From contig OZ231126.1 in NCBI GenBank assembly GCA_965153355.1, positions 10,106,001-10,170,000 on the forward strand: a stretch of DNA of 64,000 nt, given 5' to 3'. Source of the stretch: Flaccisagitta enflata. Its lineage: Eukaryota. Below, piece by piece: positions 27,196 through 41,300 of the stretch; within the stretch, counting starts at the first letter, position 1; every line of letters begins with the position of its first letter. Under the pieces are notes generated by a model that did no database searches, was not told the origin of the DNA, and saw only the letters and a program-made list of their open reading frames with translations. The position numbers were made by a program, and so were the translations under genes.

Positions 27196-30100
27196 CTGAC
27201 TTGCTGATTACTCCATAGATACCGTCTTGGAATCGTAGACCGTCGAGCCTCGGTGGTTGCAATCTCCGGACGCGTTACGGTGGTGACGAAATTTTGCCTA
27301 AAAGAGTCGGCGCTGGAATGCGGTGCCGTATTACCGAGCCCCGCCGTTTCCGACGCGACAACCGCTGTTTCCTATCGCCGCGGCTGGCTGGACATTGGTG
27401 ACATGTCACGATATAACAGCTAGCGGACTGAGCTTCGTGAGATGTCATTGACATTGACGAATCTCAAACTGACGCTTCTGAAATTGACTGAGGCTATCGT
27501 ACCTGACGCCGAGAGGCGGAGACAGCGATCACCAGCAACGGTTGCCACTGCCTCTGCGTCATGCTATTGCTTTAAACGTCATGATTACGTCTATCAGGGG
27601 AGTCTTAGAAAGCTAAGGGTAGCCTTCGCACAGCAGGAATATTTTTCTCGCTGCAAAATGCCAGTGACTAACATAATTTCAAATCAATCAGGAATATCTT
27701 TAGGATGACTTTGAAGACTCATCGTCTATGAAGAGAATAAACTATAATAAAAATAAATTCAATGTAAATTCAATGTATCTTCCCAGCCTTACCTAAAGAT
27801 GGATCTCGATAATTGAAAGTAAAACCGCAATAGCTCATTTGAAGCATTTTGCGAAACTATTTTTTGCCAGTAATATAATTTAACTCGCGCTCTGACGGAG
27901 CATAATGATCTTATCATGTTAGACGAACCATCAAATTACCATCAGGCGTCTACGTCATATCAACCAAAAATTGGCCGTTTCACCAATCGTCACCCGCGTA
28001 ATAATGCTCGTTATTCCGGCACGATGCTAGACGGCTGCGCTTTCAGCGCTTTCGCCGATAATTTGTCATCTGGCTCGCCTTCCTTCCCGCCAACGTGGCC
28101 TGCTTATACAGTGAGGAGGATAATGGCCGCATGGCCTGAATGACAAATGAGATGTTTCACATGTAAAATGACGTCAGCAATCTATGGACATTGCAATATT
28201 TGTTGATATCAGCAGTTTAGTATATTTAACATATTGAAATCTGTATTCAGGCACAATTTAACTACTTACGTTGAAACCATTCTGCTGAGACAAATCTAAT
28301 TGAATAAGAAAACAGCATGTTGAGTATATGCAGGCGAAGATCTCTTTATGTGCCGGTCATCTCAACGTGATTAATCTTGCCCAAGAATGAGTCTCACTGT
28401 TGGACGCCGGCTGCTGGCATATCTACAAATACAAATCGCGCTGTCAGAACGCATCGTCTTTATCATGCGGCCGTATCTTCCGGCAGCGTGTTGGAGTAAG
28501 CCAGATGCGGTAAAGACCATGTCAGCACGTGATGGGGCCAGCAGAAGAATGCCGGCGGCTATCGAAGCGGCAGTGTCTGGGCGAGAGGAAGTACGACAGG
28601 CCGCAGAAAGGCGTTAGGCGCTGTCGCGTCATCGTTTGAAGCGTCGGCGATGCCTCATCTCCATCTCTTCTCTACGACTAAAGTGTCGAGGCAACAACTG
28701 GTGAAGACACCAGCCGTTTCCCGAAGACTCTTGTAGAAAATGAGTTTAGGCGGGCAGGTGAAATGTCGTCGACATGAAGTCTGAGTGTCCGAACAGTGTG
28801 TATTCAGTTTTCTTTATATAGATCGCCCTTAGTGCATGTCGGCAGGGGCAGAGGCGAAATACTCCTTCATTGAGCCAACAATGGATCTTCTCTGACGTGT
28901 GACATATGGAGAGACCATAAATGAAAGATGATAAGAAGGAAAGAATAGATCAGATGGCACAAAAACGAAAAACCATGACCAAAACCTAACCATTCTCCTC
29001 CATCATTGACGTTCCGCTTCGTCTACGACGAATGGCTCTGAAACCGTTCCGCCCCATGCAATGCCGGAGTGAAACTGTACAAAGTGCGCTCGAAACAGTC
29101 AGCTTCTTCATCAACGGCAGCCTCGGTCAGCCAGGCTGACGATGATCTTCGGGCGCTTCGCGCCAGCAGCGCGTAATCTTGACGGTTTCATGATCCATCA
29201 CGTGGCGTCATAATTTGATTCACGTCATTTTCAAATTGTACGGCATTCTGACCGCGGCAGCGAAACGTGCAGACCCAGATGACGCCTTCCCCCCCCCCCC
29301 GCCCCCCAACATACCCTGTCAATTATCAAGATTCGTGCTCGCATCTCTTTTCACAATTCTTGTCCTTCTGTCTGTAAGCCCATCAGGTTTTAGCGATACA
29401 AATGCCAATCACAAAATTTTTCGCTTATCAGATGCGTCCCAGCAGAACTACGTTACTATCTTGCTAATAAATATATCAACATCTGAAAAGAAGCAACTTT
29501 GAAAGAGTACTGCTCCAAAACGAATAAAGCTACAATTATCAGATTGGTCTCACTTTAGATGTTTGTTTTAATGCTTTAAAATGCGACCAATCTGGTAATT
29601 GTAGCTTTATTCGTTTAGGAGCAGTACTCTTCCAAAGTTGATGCTTCTTTTCAGATGTTGATATATTTATTAGCAAGATAGCAAGTGCTTGCCGCACAAT
29701 TTCATTGCAACATCGACACAGGACAACGTTGCCCGATTGGGCTTGTTCATTTTACAGTCATTCAGGTGTTATAAGCAAACGTGAGAATTTCGTGTAAGTG
29801 AAAATAACCTTGGTTCTCGAGAGAAGTTTCGGGTAAGGAGATTGATAGTTGAGCATGTCTCTCTCGCAAATCCATCACAACTGCCATCATGGCCGCGTCC
29901 ACATCCTCGTAGTCCTTCACAGAAGACCAATTGGCTAGCAATAGCGTTGTGATTACACTATGGGGACTAGTATATACGGACAGACATTAACTCGACATAC
30001 CCAAAAGCAAATGCCTTTCAATTTGTCACCAAAGATGGCAGATGCGGAAAAAGCATCCCCAAAATCCAATTGCTCCGAGGTGAGCCAACAAGGAAGGGAC

Positions 30101-33100
30101 GCCACCACGCTGAATGTCACGTAAGAGGGGGAGAAAGCAGCTATCCATCATTATAGTGCGTGAAAACGGCGTGTAAAGTCCTTTGATTTAAGCTGCGAAG
30201 AAAAATTTACCGAGGTTCGTTGAACTTCAGGTGAAGTATCTGGACGCTGGGTCGGGTTCGAAGCTCGCAGTCAAGCGACGTGAAGTCCAGACTGAATAAA
30301 AGAAATTATGTACCTAGCCAATTTCAAAGCACTGTAGCCATTAGAAACTCCAGAGACATGTCCGTCAGTCCAAGCCAATTGCCAACTACAAAACACCTGA
30401 CTCCTTCCATCAGTTTATCCTTGGAAATGGCGTTGAAAAATCCGGCGACGAAACCACTTACGTCCGTCGGGTTCTGGGCAAAACCGTGCCATAATTAAGT
30501 ACCAAATACACCAGTTCCTGCACGGCTGTACCAGTGTACCTGTGCCTGTGCCAATTGTTCCATCGATATCATCACCACAGCTACACCTTGATCTGGGGGC
30601 TGAGAAAACCCCGAGATGAATCTCAATAGCTTAAATTACATGAGGCATACTTCTAGTTGCCCCAGTGGGATGAAATTTTACATGAAGAAGCGGTGGATTG
30701 CGAAACTCGGTAACCCTGATCACAATATCGGCCACCTCAAAACTCAGCGAATCTGAATGCTCCACGTATATTCAATATCCTCGTAGTGAACACGGCCTTG
30801 TCGTTCATCAAAGCGCGACTCTTGGTCAGTTCAGTGGAACATTCTGATGTAGTTTTTCGCTTTCAAGTTGTTTCTCGTCGCTGTGGAAGATGGCGTAAAA
30901 GGAGATTGTGAATTTACAAGCTCTTTTCCCAAAAAGTGATATGAGCAGAGAAGACTAAATTCGGATAAGCACAGCTACTGAACAGAAGCCCACAGGGGTG
31001 ATATTAAAATAACGAATAAGCCCAGTGTTTAAGGCCTATTTGCAAAACTGTACTGTGCTCACTGGGCCTCAGAATTCACCAATATTTTCCTCATTTCTTT
31101 CGAGAAAAAAAGTGAACGACTCCTGCTGCGTGAACAGAGAGAAACGGAAGAAGTCTCAAAATTATCCTATGACAAGAACAACGCTTTCATCGCGATCGTG
31201 ATTTTTTTAACAGCGACGCGACAACTGTCTGCAATTCCTCTCATATTTAGCTTTAGAACGAAGAAGTGACTTTGGCTTGAGATCTAAACTTAACCCAATG
31301 CCTGCCTCATCAACTGCGTGCCACTGCGCTTCAATTGCAATCCTTACCTGTGCAAATAGTGGAATGGCGAGTTTCTTCAGTCGTGGAAGGATCACCGAGT
31401 GAAAGAGTGTGAGGACGCACGTACTCGCACAAGTCTGAAGTTCAGGCGTCAAAAAAAATCGAATCACCGAACGGCAAAAGGCTCGGTGACCACAAAATGA
31501 TGTGGTGGAGTGTTGTCGACAGGTGGCCTGCAATCGCATGACGGAAGCCGTCAGTCTGAAGCCATTATCAAACGGGCATTACGAACGAAACCATTATCCC
31601 AGCAGCAGGCGCGCTGCAGTGAGCAAAACGGCGATTAAAAAATCTGAAAATAATGGGTGCGCGACTGGAGTCCAACGGCGTTGTCCGCGGCGTTGTCAAC
31701 GGCGGCGTTGTCCAACGGCGTTGTGCAACGGCGTTGTCAACGGCGTTGTCAACGGCAATCAACGGCGTTATCCCAACGGCGTTGTCGCGGCGTTGTCAAC
31801 GGCGTTGTCAACGGCGTTGTCAACGTCAACGGCGTTGTCAACGGCGTCAACGGCGTTGGCTAACGGCGTTGTCCAACGGCGTTGTCCAACGGCGTTGTCC
31901 AACGGCGTTGTCCAACGGCGTTGTCCAACGCCGGAATGATATTCCGTCGCGGACAAAAAGGCAAACCATGCATTTGGGATAGAGCAGTAATGCAGAATTC
32001 GCCTGTAAAATTAAAATAAGACTGAAAAAAATTAACTACTCGTTGTCCAACAACCAAAACCATTACAAAATTCCCAGCGGCAAAAAATAAATAAATAAAT
32101 AAAACAGAATAAAACAAATCGAAACGTGCCTTGAAGAACTGACATATTCTTGGAACGCCGGCAAAGTGGCAAGAGACGTCTTTGGACTTGTGATGGGGTA
32201 ATGAATTCATATGATCAAAGAATTGAAAATTATGATGAGTATAATTAACGATTGTGATGATTTTTTTCCATTGAGATTTCGCCTCCATATAGGCATGTGT
32301 ATAGTTCCACCGGAGGGGGGGGGGGGAAGAATTAATCAGAGGGTTTGCAGATGGGGAAAAAAATCAGCGGGGAAAATTTTTTTTTTGACAGTACCAAATC
32401 ATAAAAACTGACTTGTAAAACATTAACACTATTTAAACTTTAAAAACAATGTTTTATTGCTTGATGGGGAAGAAAATGAGATTTTGAAATGCAACGCGTC
32501 TTGTTGCGGGGAACAAAATCAAAGGTGGCGGTGAGGGGGGGGAGAAAGAATTAATCAAAGGTAATGGAATTGAACTACATACACCCCTGTCTCCAAAATT
32601 GTCTCGAACTAGGACACCGCTAAGAGAGAGGGATTCAGCACAACAGTTTGGATTTACGGTCCGGGATACTGTTACTAAAGAAAACCTACGTGAATGGTCC
32701 CCGAGGCAGCATCGGCTGCAAACATCTGAAACTGGGGAATATAGGGTGTGAACATGACAACGTTCAGTGGCAGGCCCATGTCGACAATCCACTCATTAAG
32801 TTTATGAATATGACTTTCCCGAAAATTCAAGTTGAAAACTCGGGCGTGTATGAAGTTGAGTATTTCCACACAATTTCACACAGTTATGACTTAAATTTGA
32901 ATTGAATTTGACAACAGTATAATCATTCTCCATGGGGTAGATTCTCCATCCGGCTGGGGAAGGAAATCAAAGACCAGGGGGGCAGGAAAGCAAAGACCAG
33001 GGGGCAGGAAAGCAAAGACCAGGGGGGCAGGAAAGCAAAGTCCAGGGGGAAAGAAATATAAGTCGCTCAACTTTATACACTCCTGTTAAAAAACTTTAAC

Positions 33101-33360
33101 ATACATGTAACACCTGTCCCTCAAATAATGCCAAAGCAGCACCTTAAGGCTTAGACCATGACAGAAATGCTTCTTATTGGCCGAGTGAGATGGGATTTTA
33201 GCCGAAGTGGTCCAAGTGTCCCATAACACATAGGTAAAATTTCACGTTACTGGGCCAACTAGAAGTAAGTTGTTATTAGTTTACTTTGATTGCTGCGTTG
33301 ACAAAACAGTACTTCAGGGAGAATCATTCTTGAACCCTAGGCAAGCCTGATGTGGACTTA

Positions 33361-34215
33361 CTTTGATTGCCGAGTTGCTGGTTGGCACCTTGCGAACGAA
33401 CATAAGCATATCGTCTCGAAGCTCGTGATCAGAGGCTTGGATGAAATGCTCGAGAAAGAGATGCGACCAAAAAGTATCTACGTTGACCATCACAAAACCA
33501 CTCGTCCGCTCCTCGCAATTGAAACGATTACGCGGAACCTTTGATCGATGAAGAGCACGTTACATTAGAATGGCAAGACCACGGGTATTGTTCAATATTG
33601 TTGTTATTGTTCAATTGTCCTATGCAGATCGTGACATATTCAAAGATGGTGTGACGCTTTTCCAACCCATCCCCACCCACAGCACAAACGCGACAAGCTA
33701 GCGACTTGAAATCTGACATGCAGGGCCTACAGGGGGAGAGCCGCCATGGCTCCCCCTGGAACTCGGGCTGGTCACGTTAGCGATGTCAATCAAAAGCGTC
33801 ACACCATCTTTAATTTTGTCGCGATCTGTACAGTTGAGTGTCCCTCATCCCGCGAGAGAAGGACCGGGGATGACTGTTTGTAAAACCGTCCAATATCAAA
33901 TCGTCGTTTCAGCGTAGTAATCTTTGTTCCCTAAAGGGATCAAGTGACAGCGAGATGCCTACAACTCTGACTCACCTTTAACCTACTGCTTTCCCCCACA
34001 TCTTTGTTCCTTTCGTGGAGTATGGATGAGATTAAATCTTCGAAGGAAGAGCTTGGAGTCGGTCCGAGGACGGAGCCGTGGATGGAGTCGGCGTCATCGG
34101 CCGGCACGCCGCCACTCGGACTCGGAACCGTCGTTGAAGGGGAAGGAATGCCGATAGACGCTGGCGGTGTCGCCGTCGGTGTCGTGCTGTTACTACTGTT
34201 CCTGATGTAATCCAC
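33361..34215 (-). other. Mirror copy of two KIAA0930-like exons in the palindrome right arm
   Basis: Reverse complement of 19168-20036 with a few substitutions (DLGES becomes DVGES). Confidence 0.85.
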
Positions 34216-35874
34216 CTGAACGAAAAAAAATCGCGGGCGAAGAATGGAAGCAAAAGAATGCGTCCTGAATTTCGTGCTGAATATGTGTGATAAATGGGGT
34301 TGGTGCGCATTAAACAAGAGTTAAAGCTCCGAAAGCTCTTGTCTTTATTCTAATTTTTGGTTTTAATGTAATATTGTCCTCCTCATATTGAGAAGCTGGA
34401 AAGACGGAAAGACTCCGAATTTCTGAGAAAAACAATCAAAGAAACTGTGTTAAAACATAAGTATCGGAAATACAGACGGACAGACACACGCTCTCATGCG
34501 AGGACTCCTCTAAAAACGGAGGGGCCGATGTCCGGGGGGTGAATTTTCAGAAATCCTGAGGGGGCCCATTAGAGGTCTTTAGGGCAATTTTTTTTCAAGT
34601 TATTCAATGGAAATTTTCATTTTCGTCAACTTTTTTTATCAATTCTCCATGACATTTAATGGGAATTATACACTTTTTTGTACTTTTTTGTAAATTTTAG
34701 AATGCAATGGGAATTTTGCATTATTCAATTTTGCATTATTCAATTTTGCATGTTATTCATGAGGAATTGAGGCTTGAAAAGCATAGTAGGGTGATTCCAT
34801 CTCAAAATGTACAAACTGAAAACCCTAAAAAAATAGATTTTGCTCATTTTTGGTGCAAAGGTAGCCCTTGGGGAGATATTCAAGAATCTTAATCTTTTGT
34901 CTCAGACCAGTACTGGGACTAGAGGTTTAGGCTTTGGGGCCAGTGCACCAAAAGACTCAGCCATATCTCAGCCATTTTATAGTAATGGTTGTCTTGGTGT
35001 CAATCTTTTGGATTACAACAAAAGAATCAGATGAAAAAAATTGAGCAAAAAATCATTTGGTTTAAGTGTCATTTAGTACCCAGTACCTAGTACGTTGAAA
35101 TTTCAAAAAAAAGATGGAAAAATATATTCTTCTTTATGTTTGTGAGTCATAATCAGAATAAAATTCAGGATCTTCACTATATACTAAAATAAAAAAAATA
35201 GGTGGTTAGGTAATTTGTTATTTCTGCAGAATTTTAACATTTGACAAAATATATTTCATCCATTTTATTATTTTTCTGGGATAAGGTATAAGGAGTTGTT
35301 ATTTTTTCTGGGATAAGAAGTATAAAGAGTTATGAGTTGAGATCAGGCTGATGTTGATTTTTGTATCGGGAAGATAACTCGGCGTGGCAGGCCGATCTCT
35401 CTTTCATTCCTCCGCATCAAACTCCTTGCTCATAATGTAATCAGCTGAAAAAACTACTCAAAATTCCATCTTTTAACTATCAAATTTCATCAGTCAACAG
35501 GAAAGTGTATGAGCTACCATCATTAATGAACGATTTTTATTTCGTCATCCAAAAAATCACTATCATCTCATCTTCTCATTGTTTGGAATGTAGTCAGTTG
35601 ATCATGTGGCTGCTACCGCTAAGAATTTACATTTAGACCTTCCTTTCCTTTGCGACACAAACGTACTTCTGAGCAAAAAAGACTGAATGTACTGAGCCAG
35701 GAACAATATGGAAAAAATACACAGCGTGATATCGAGCAACTGAAAAGTTAAAAACAGATAGTGGAAAACAGATGAATGTGACAGCCGAAAAAGTTTGAGA
35801 TTTTGAAAATAAGTGAAAAACTGATAACAATAATCGCCCTGGCAGATAGAGTAATTGCCATGTAACCGACCAAA

Positions 35875-37925
35875 ATGGCGTCGCGAGTGCTGATTCTTCA
35901 AAGCGAAGTGGTGCTCGGGTTGCCTCAAAAAACAGTTAAGCGCTGGAAAAGAATTGACCAAATCCCGGCAGCAGCAACAACAACAACAACAACAGTTAGA
36001 TCTGTGAAATCACTGGTTGAAGGAAAACGAACAGGGCGTAGCTGGATAGTGAAGGTATGCCGACGGAGAAAGGCAGCATCCGCTGGCGTCCGAATTTTAG
36101 AATCCAGACGAGAATTTCATGCCATCAGGCTGAAATGAATGAATCACAATTCTGAAATTCAACCTTCTGCACAACTTAGCTACACCTGTCTGGTGGGGAA
36201 TGATTTACTGCGCCCGAGCAGAAACAACATCATCGTACAGTCAGCGAAGAACGTGGCGATGCTGCCTTGATCAAATTGCTGCTGTGACTTGGATAATCCT
36301 CAGCGAACATTATTCATTTGACATCAAACGTCTGTCGTTATTTAATACCACAGGAAAAGAACCTTCTGATGTAAAAGAGATTGAATGGAGAAAGAAATGG
36401 AAGCGAAGGAATATTATCACTCATGACATGACACAAAAAAGTAGATATCGATGGAAAAGCATGGAAATTAAGTGCGGCAAGATGCTGAGCATTTAATTCA
36501 ATTCTCTCACTGCAGAATAGTATTTTCAAAGATTATTAGCGACCAATATGGCGAAAATCTGACAAATGACTTCACTAACTAGAGACCATAAGAGCACAAT
36601 GATCAAATATTTCTCTACAAATGAATTTCTATCATAAATTTTAGTATTTGCTTCAGTATACGCTATTATTATTTTGCATATGGCAATGTTATTTCTGTTT
36701 GAGATGTTTATAGTCTTCATTTTTAGTCGCGACTCTATAAGGCTGTCAGTCAGATCACGCGCTCGGCTAGATTGATCGTGGTGTTGGCCAGAATATTAAC
36801 TTACCGTCATGGCAACAACGTATCCAGCCTGTTCTGTATTGGAAAGTCGTTGGTACAGTGAAATGCAACTCTTCTGGCTGTTTAAATGAAGTGACTGGTC
36901 AGTGGGGCTATTTTGAACATGTTCATTTTCAATTTTAGAGATTACATGTGCTGATCTTTGAGTGTAAGAATTACTAACTGGTTAATTTTCTTTGCCACGT
37001 GAATTGTAATTGTTGGTAAAGCTATCACCTCGATGAGCAAGTCGTAAAAAGCTTGCTTCCTTTGATAGCTGTACTTTTATATTATATTTATATATTATTA
37101 TGAATCCACAAACACAGAAGAATGTTTTGCCTTCTTTTTTTTCTGAAATTTCAATGTACCAAATACCCAGAGGTACCCAAATTGACTACCCCTAGAGGTA
37201 AAAACCCCAAAGTGATTTTTTTTTGTTCAAATTTTTTTCTGATCTGATTATTTGTGCTAAAACTTAAAGATTGACATCAAGATTGTCCATTTACTGCAAA
37301 ATATGGCTGAGATATGGCTTTGAGAAGTTTTAGTGGTACCAGGGGGCCCCAAAATTTCAAACTTAATAAACAAAATATTCTATTTATAAATATATTAAAT
37401 TTCATGAATAACTCCCAAGAAAAGTACACCAAAATGAGCAAAATCTATTTTTGAGGGTTTTCAGACTGGCGCATTTTGAACAATAAGCATGCGAGAGCAG
37501 GCGACAGCCGGACATGCAGCGGAAAATTACACTGGACATTGGCCTTTAGGCCGCTATCGCGGAATAGGTATGCAAAAGAGATGGTGTGGAAAAATTGACG
37601 AAACCAGTGAAAAATTGAATTTCCGACTGGAACGCCGCGATCAGCAAAACGCGAATAGGCAGATAGCCAATTGAACGAGCAGCTGTGAGCGTGTATTTCA
37701 TGGAAAAAAGCGCGAGAGGCGGTGGGCGTGAGGTGGTGGTGGGGAAGGAAGGAAGTTGATCATGTTTATGGACGACATGGAGGAAGACTTTTGGTTGAAT
37801 GTTTGGGAGATCGACCGGCGCTAAGTTTGAGATCAAGTGCATCCCGCGTCATTCCCGTGGAATCAGACATGTTGTCTGGCACTTCCACTTGCGTACAGGC
37901 AAGACCGGGACGAAAAAGTGACTAG
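35875..37925 (+). CDS. Possible unknown gene, largely unreadable
   Basis: Kozak-like aaaATGGCG start (MASRVLIL...) at 35875 and a coding-like terminal stretch (DDMEEDFLVECLGDRPALSLRSS...KSD*) convergent on MED25; the intervening sequence is error-rich. Confidence 0.25.
37097..37478 (+). repeat. Dispersed repeat, direct copy of ~18201-18580
   Basis: Shared attatgaatccacaaacacagaagaatgttttgcc ... caccaaaatgagcaaaatctattttt. Confidence 0.8.
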
Positions 37926-38316
37926 AATTTCGTGTAAAGCTAGATTCATTAGTTTTTAAACGTTACATGACGTTTGTTTCTTTGGAATAATCACAGATGA
38001 GCTCCCGAGTTTCATGGCCACAGGCCAAAACCAAACAGGCCGATGGGTTTACAAGCTCATATTCGAATCATGGTTAATCACCTGAAAAGAAATGAAGATT
38101 AGAGCACAACATGGTTAGAATAAGAAGAGAAAAGAGGGTAGAGCATTCAAATTTCAATTTCGGCTCCAAAAGGGAATGATTTTGTTGGTTTTTTTAAAGT
38201 TGATCGCAAGCAGCATAACGCTCCCCCTGCAGGTTTTGGTCAACAGAAGTGAGGGACTTTATCCCGCTCCTTCCCCTTCATTTTCAAGACACAAAAGAGC
38301 TCGACACACAACGAGA

Positions 38317-41300
38317 TTACGAAAAGAAATCCTGGTTATGTTGTTGAACTTGCTGTTGCTGTTGCTGCTGCGCCTGCGCGGCAGCGACCACGGCGGTCTG
38401 TCCCCCGGGACCAACACTCGTCATTATGCCCATCGGATTTCCGCCTCTCATTGGCCCCATCATCATGGGCCCCGTAGGATGACTACCCCCGGGACCCATA
38501 GGGTTTCCTTGTGTCATAGGTCCCCGATTCATCATCATCTGTCCATGCATCATTTGAGGACCCGTTTGTCGCATCCATTGCTGGGGTGGTCCCCCCACGT
38601 TTGGGTCTCCTCCGCCTTGCTGCATCTGTTGTTGCTGTTGCGGATTGGCCATAAGTAGGTTGCGTAATTGCACCGGTTGACCCGTGGTGTGCATTTGCGG
38701 TTGTTGAGGTATCGACATGATTCGGATAGATTGATTCTGTGGTCCTCCCATCATGTTAACCATAGGACCCTGACCACGGATCATGGTGGGGCCCTGCTGT
38801 TGAAGTTGGTGGGTGGGCTGCTGTTGTTGTTGCATCGCATGTATTTGCGGCTGTTGTAACTGCTGCATGGGCAAAGTGACGCCAGTGTTGATGGGGTTGT
38901 TGGGGCCACCGACCCATGTATTGTTGGCCGACGAAGTTTGCATTCCAGTCATCCCAGGACCGCCCATGCCACCCGGCCCTGCTGGGCCTCCTGGTCCTCC
39001 TGGTCCCCCAAGACCAGCTGGACCTCCGGGAGCCCCCGAACCTCCTGGACCAGATGGAGCGCCCCCTGTATTTCCGTCAATGGCTTCCCGACTACGTTGT
39101 TGTTTTTCTTTGTGATCTGTTGAGAGATATGCGAGATTAAAGACCGTTACCGTGTGTTCATACTTAAGTAAAATACATTCAACTCATTCATCATCTACGG
39201 GCGGGTTCGTTCTAAGCAGGAATCCATGGTTTCGTAAGGAAGATAGTGGCTATTCGGGGCAGAGGAAACTCGGGACTAATTCACAGATTCTTCATGCCTG
39301 GCTGAATAGCAATTGTCACTGGTCAGTTTTATAGTGCTGGATGAGGGCTAGTTGGGTGACAAAAATTGAGCAACACATCCTAACCAGGAGGAAGCAATGA
39401 GCGTTTTTCCCGAATTTCCAGTGTTCCAAAAAGCCCCACTTGTCTCTGGTTGTCTCCTATTCAGTAAAACCCAGCCGCATGGCCCCGCCAAGCAGGACCT
39501 AGTACACGCTTTTCATTTTATACATGGATTTCTTAAATGAGCCTCAGCGTTCTTATTTTAAACCCTATTTTGAAGTTCAAGTGTTCTTGACATGTTTTTA
39601 TTTTTTCATTTGAATAGTTCTTCTAAAATTATGCAATTATAATATGTAATTTATTATTCTAAGAAACTTTTGGAAAGATTAAGGTTTTTAGAACAATAAA
39701 TAGTTTTTTCAAAAATTCTCATTACAATATTGATTTTTAAAGATATTCTGTTTTATTTCTTCAAATCAATTTAAAAAACAATATTCTTATCTTTAAATCT
39801 GAGGCTCAGCATGTTCCTAAGATGGTCTTATTTTTTTGCCAAATCTAAGGCTGATGCTCTTATAAACAGTGTTCTTATAAAAAGAAAAGCGTGTATAGGA
39901 TCTAAAACGTTTTATTTTTGTCACTAAGCATTTGCTAGATATCCATCTTCAGCTTCAAGACAAAAACATCACTGGCAAATGGAAGAGCTTGGGCCTTAAG
40001 AAATGGTAACCTGTTATGATTTGATGCATCCCGTTGACGAATCCCTTCTGATCATCGGGGATGAAGCCGATGAACCCTCGCGTCTTCTTGTTGTACAACA
40101 ACATCAACACTTTGATGTCGCATTGAGTGTTGTTGCCGAAATGGACGCAGCCGGAGAAGCCCGTTTCCATGACGTTGTGAAGGGATTCGAGGGAGGATTG
40201 ATCGTTTTTCGCGAATTGAAACTCCACGGTTCGAGATTTCGAAATGAGTGGGCGGAGCGGCGAGAGCAACTGTGGGTAGTATAAAGTACAATCAAGAAAT
40301 AAAAAATATTTTCAAACCATTTTTAGATGCGTCCTCGCATCTCTATAAGAGGCTCTGTCCGTATCAAGATCCGTGATAGGAAATTTTCAGAAGGGAAATT
40401 TTAGGGTTTTCTCTTCATTTCTCTTCATATCTCTTATATGGATCTCTTCATATCTCTTATATGGATCGCGTGGGGGTGGTAGGAATCAGTTTATATTTTT
40501 CTCTTTGTCTCAATCTCTTTATATCTTCATATCATTATATCTTATATCTTTATATCTTAATAATTTGTATATAAAAAGATATAAAATATAAAAGAATTAT
40601 AAAATATCTAAGGAGGACGCATCTATTGGACATCTCTTGGCCTTGTTTTGTACTCATGTGCAGGCTGGCAGAAACAGGGGCACACTTGGCACATTGTGCC
40701 TCGGAACTATTTTTCTCAAGGGGTTCTCAGCAGATATGGATAATTGCACTTCATTTAAATTGTTCTCACTCAAATCATCATTTTCCTCTGTCAGAATTGC
40801 CAAATTTGGATAGAAATTCAGACCGTAGCTTCCAGACTACATCTACCACCATTACATGAAACGTCATGAAATTTTAAAGTCAATAGGATGTACATGCTTT
40901 TCAAATAAGTAGATCAGGCTAATTTGTATATGAAATGACATCCAATGAAAGGCGGTGGGGGGGGGGAGAGAAGAGAGAAAATCAATGAGGTAAATGGCAT
41001 TCAAACACAAATTCGCTTTCATAAAAATGACAAATTTACCAGAATATTGAGATCCTGGTCAGACAAATAACCAACAAGGCCGAATGCAAGGCCGTCAGTA
41101 GCGGAAGCGAAATGGCCAAAAGGCAAAATGCATTTTCTAAATTTTCGACGATATTAATTTGAACGGACAAAACTCTTATGCGGTGCGTGTCCGCAACGTC
41201 TTCAGTCGAATCAACGACTTCCGGGACTAGATGGAAGGTGACAGGAACTGAATACGCAGTATTTTCAGAATAATGGTAAAGAACTTTAAAGCACAAATCT

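Noticed and set aside
27196-29280. Ancient diverged paralogue or pseudogene of the ENO4-like gene
   Set aside because: Deletion-dominated decay affects exons and introns equally and switches abruptly to near identity, which fits read error.
38813-39115. Collagen-like GPP and poly-Cys ORF on the + strand
   Set aside because: Antisense reading of the G/P/Q-rich MED25 last exon.
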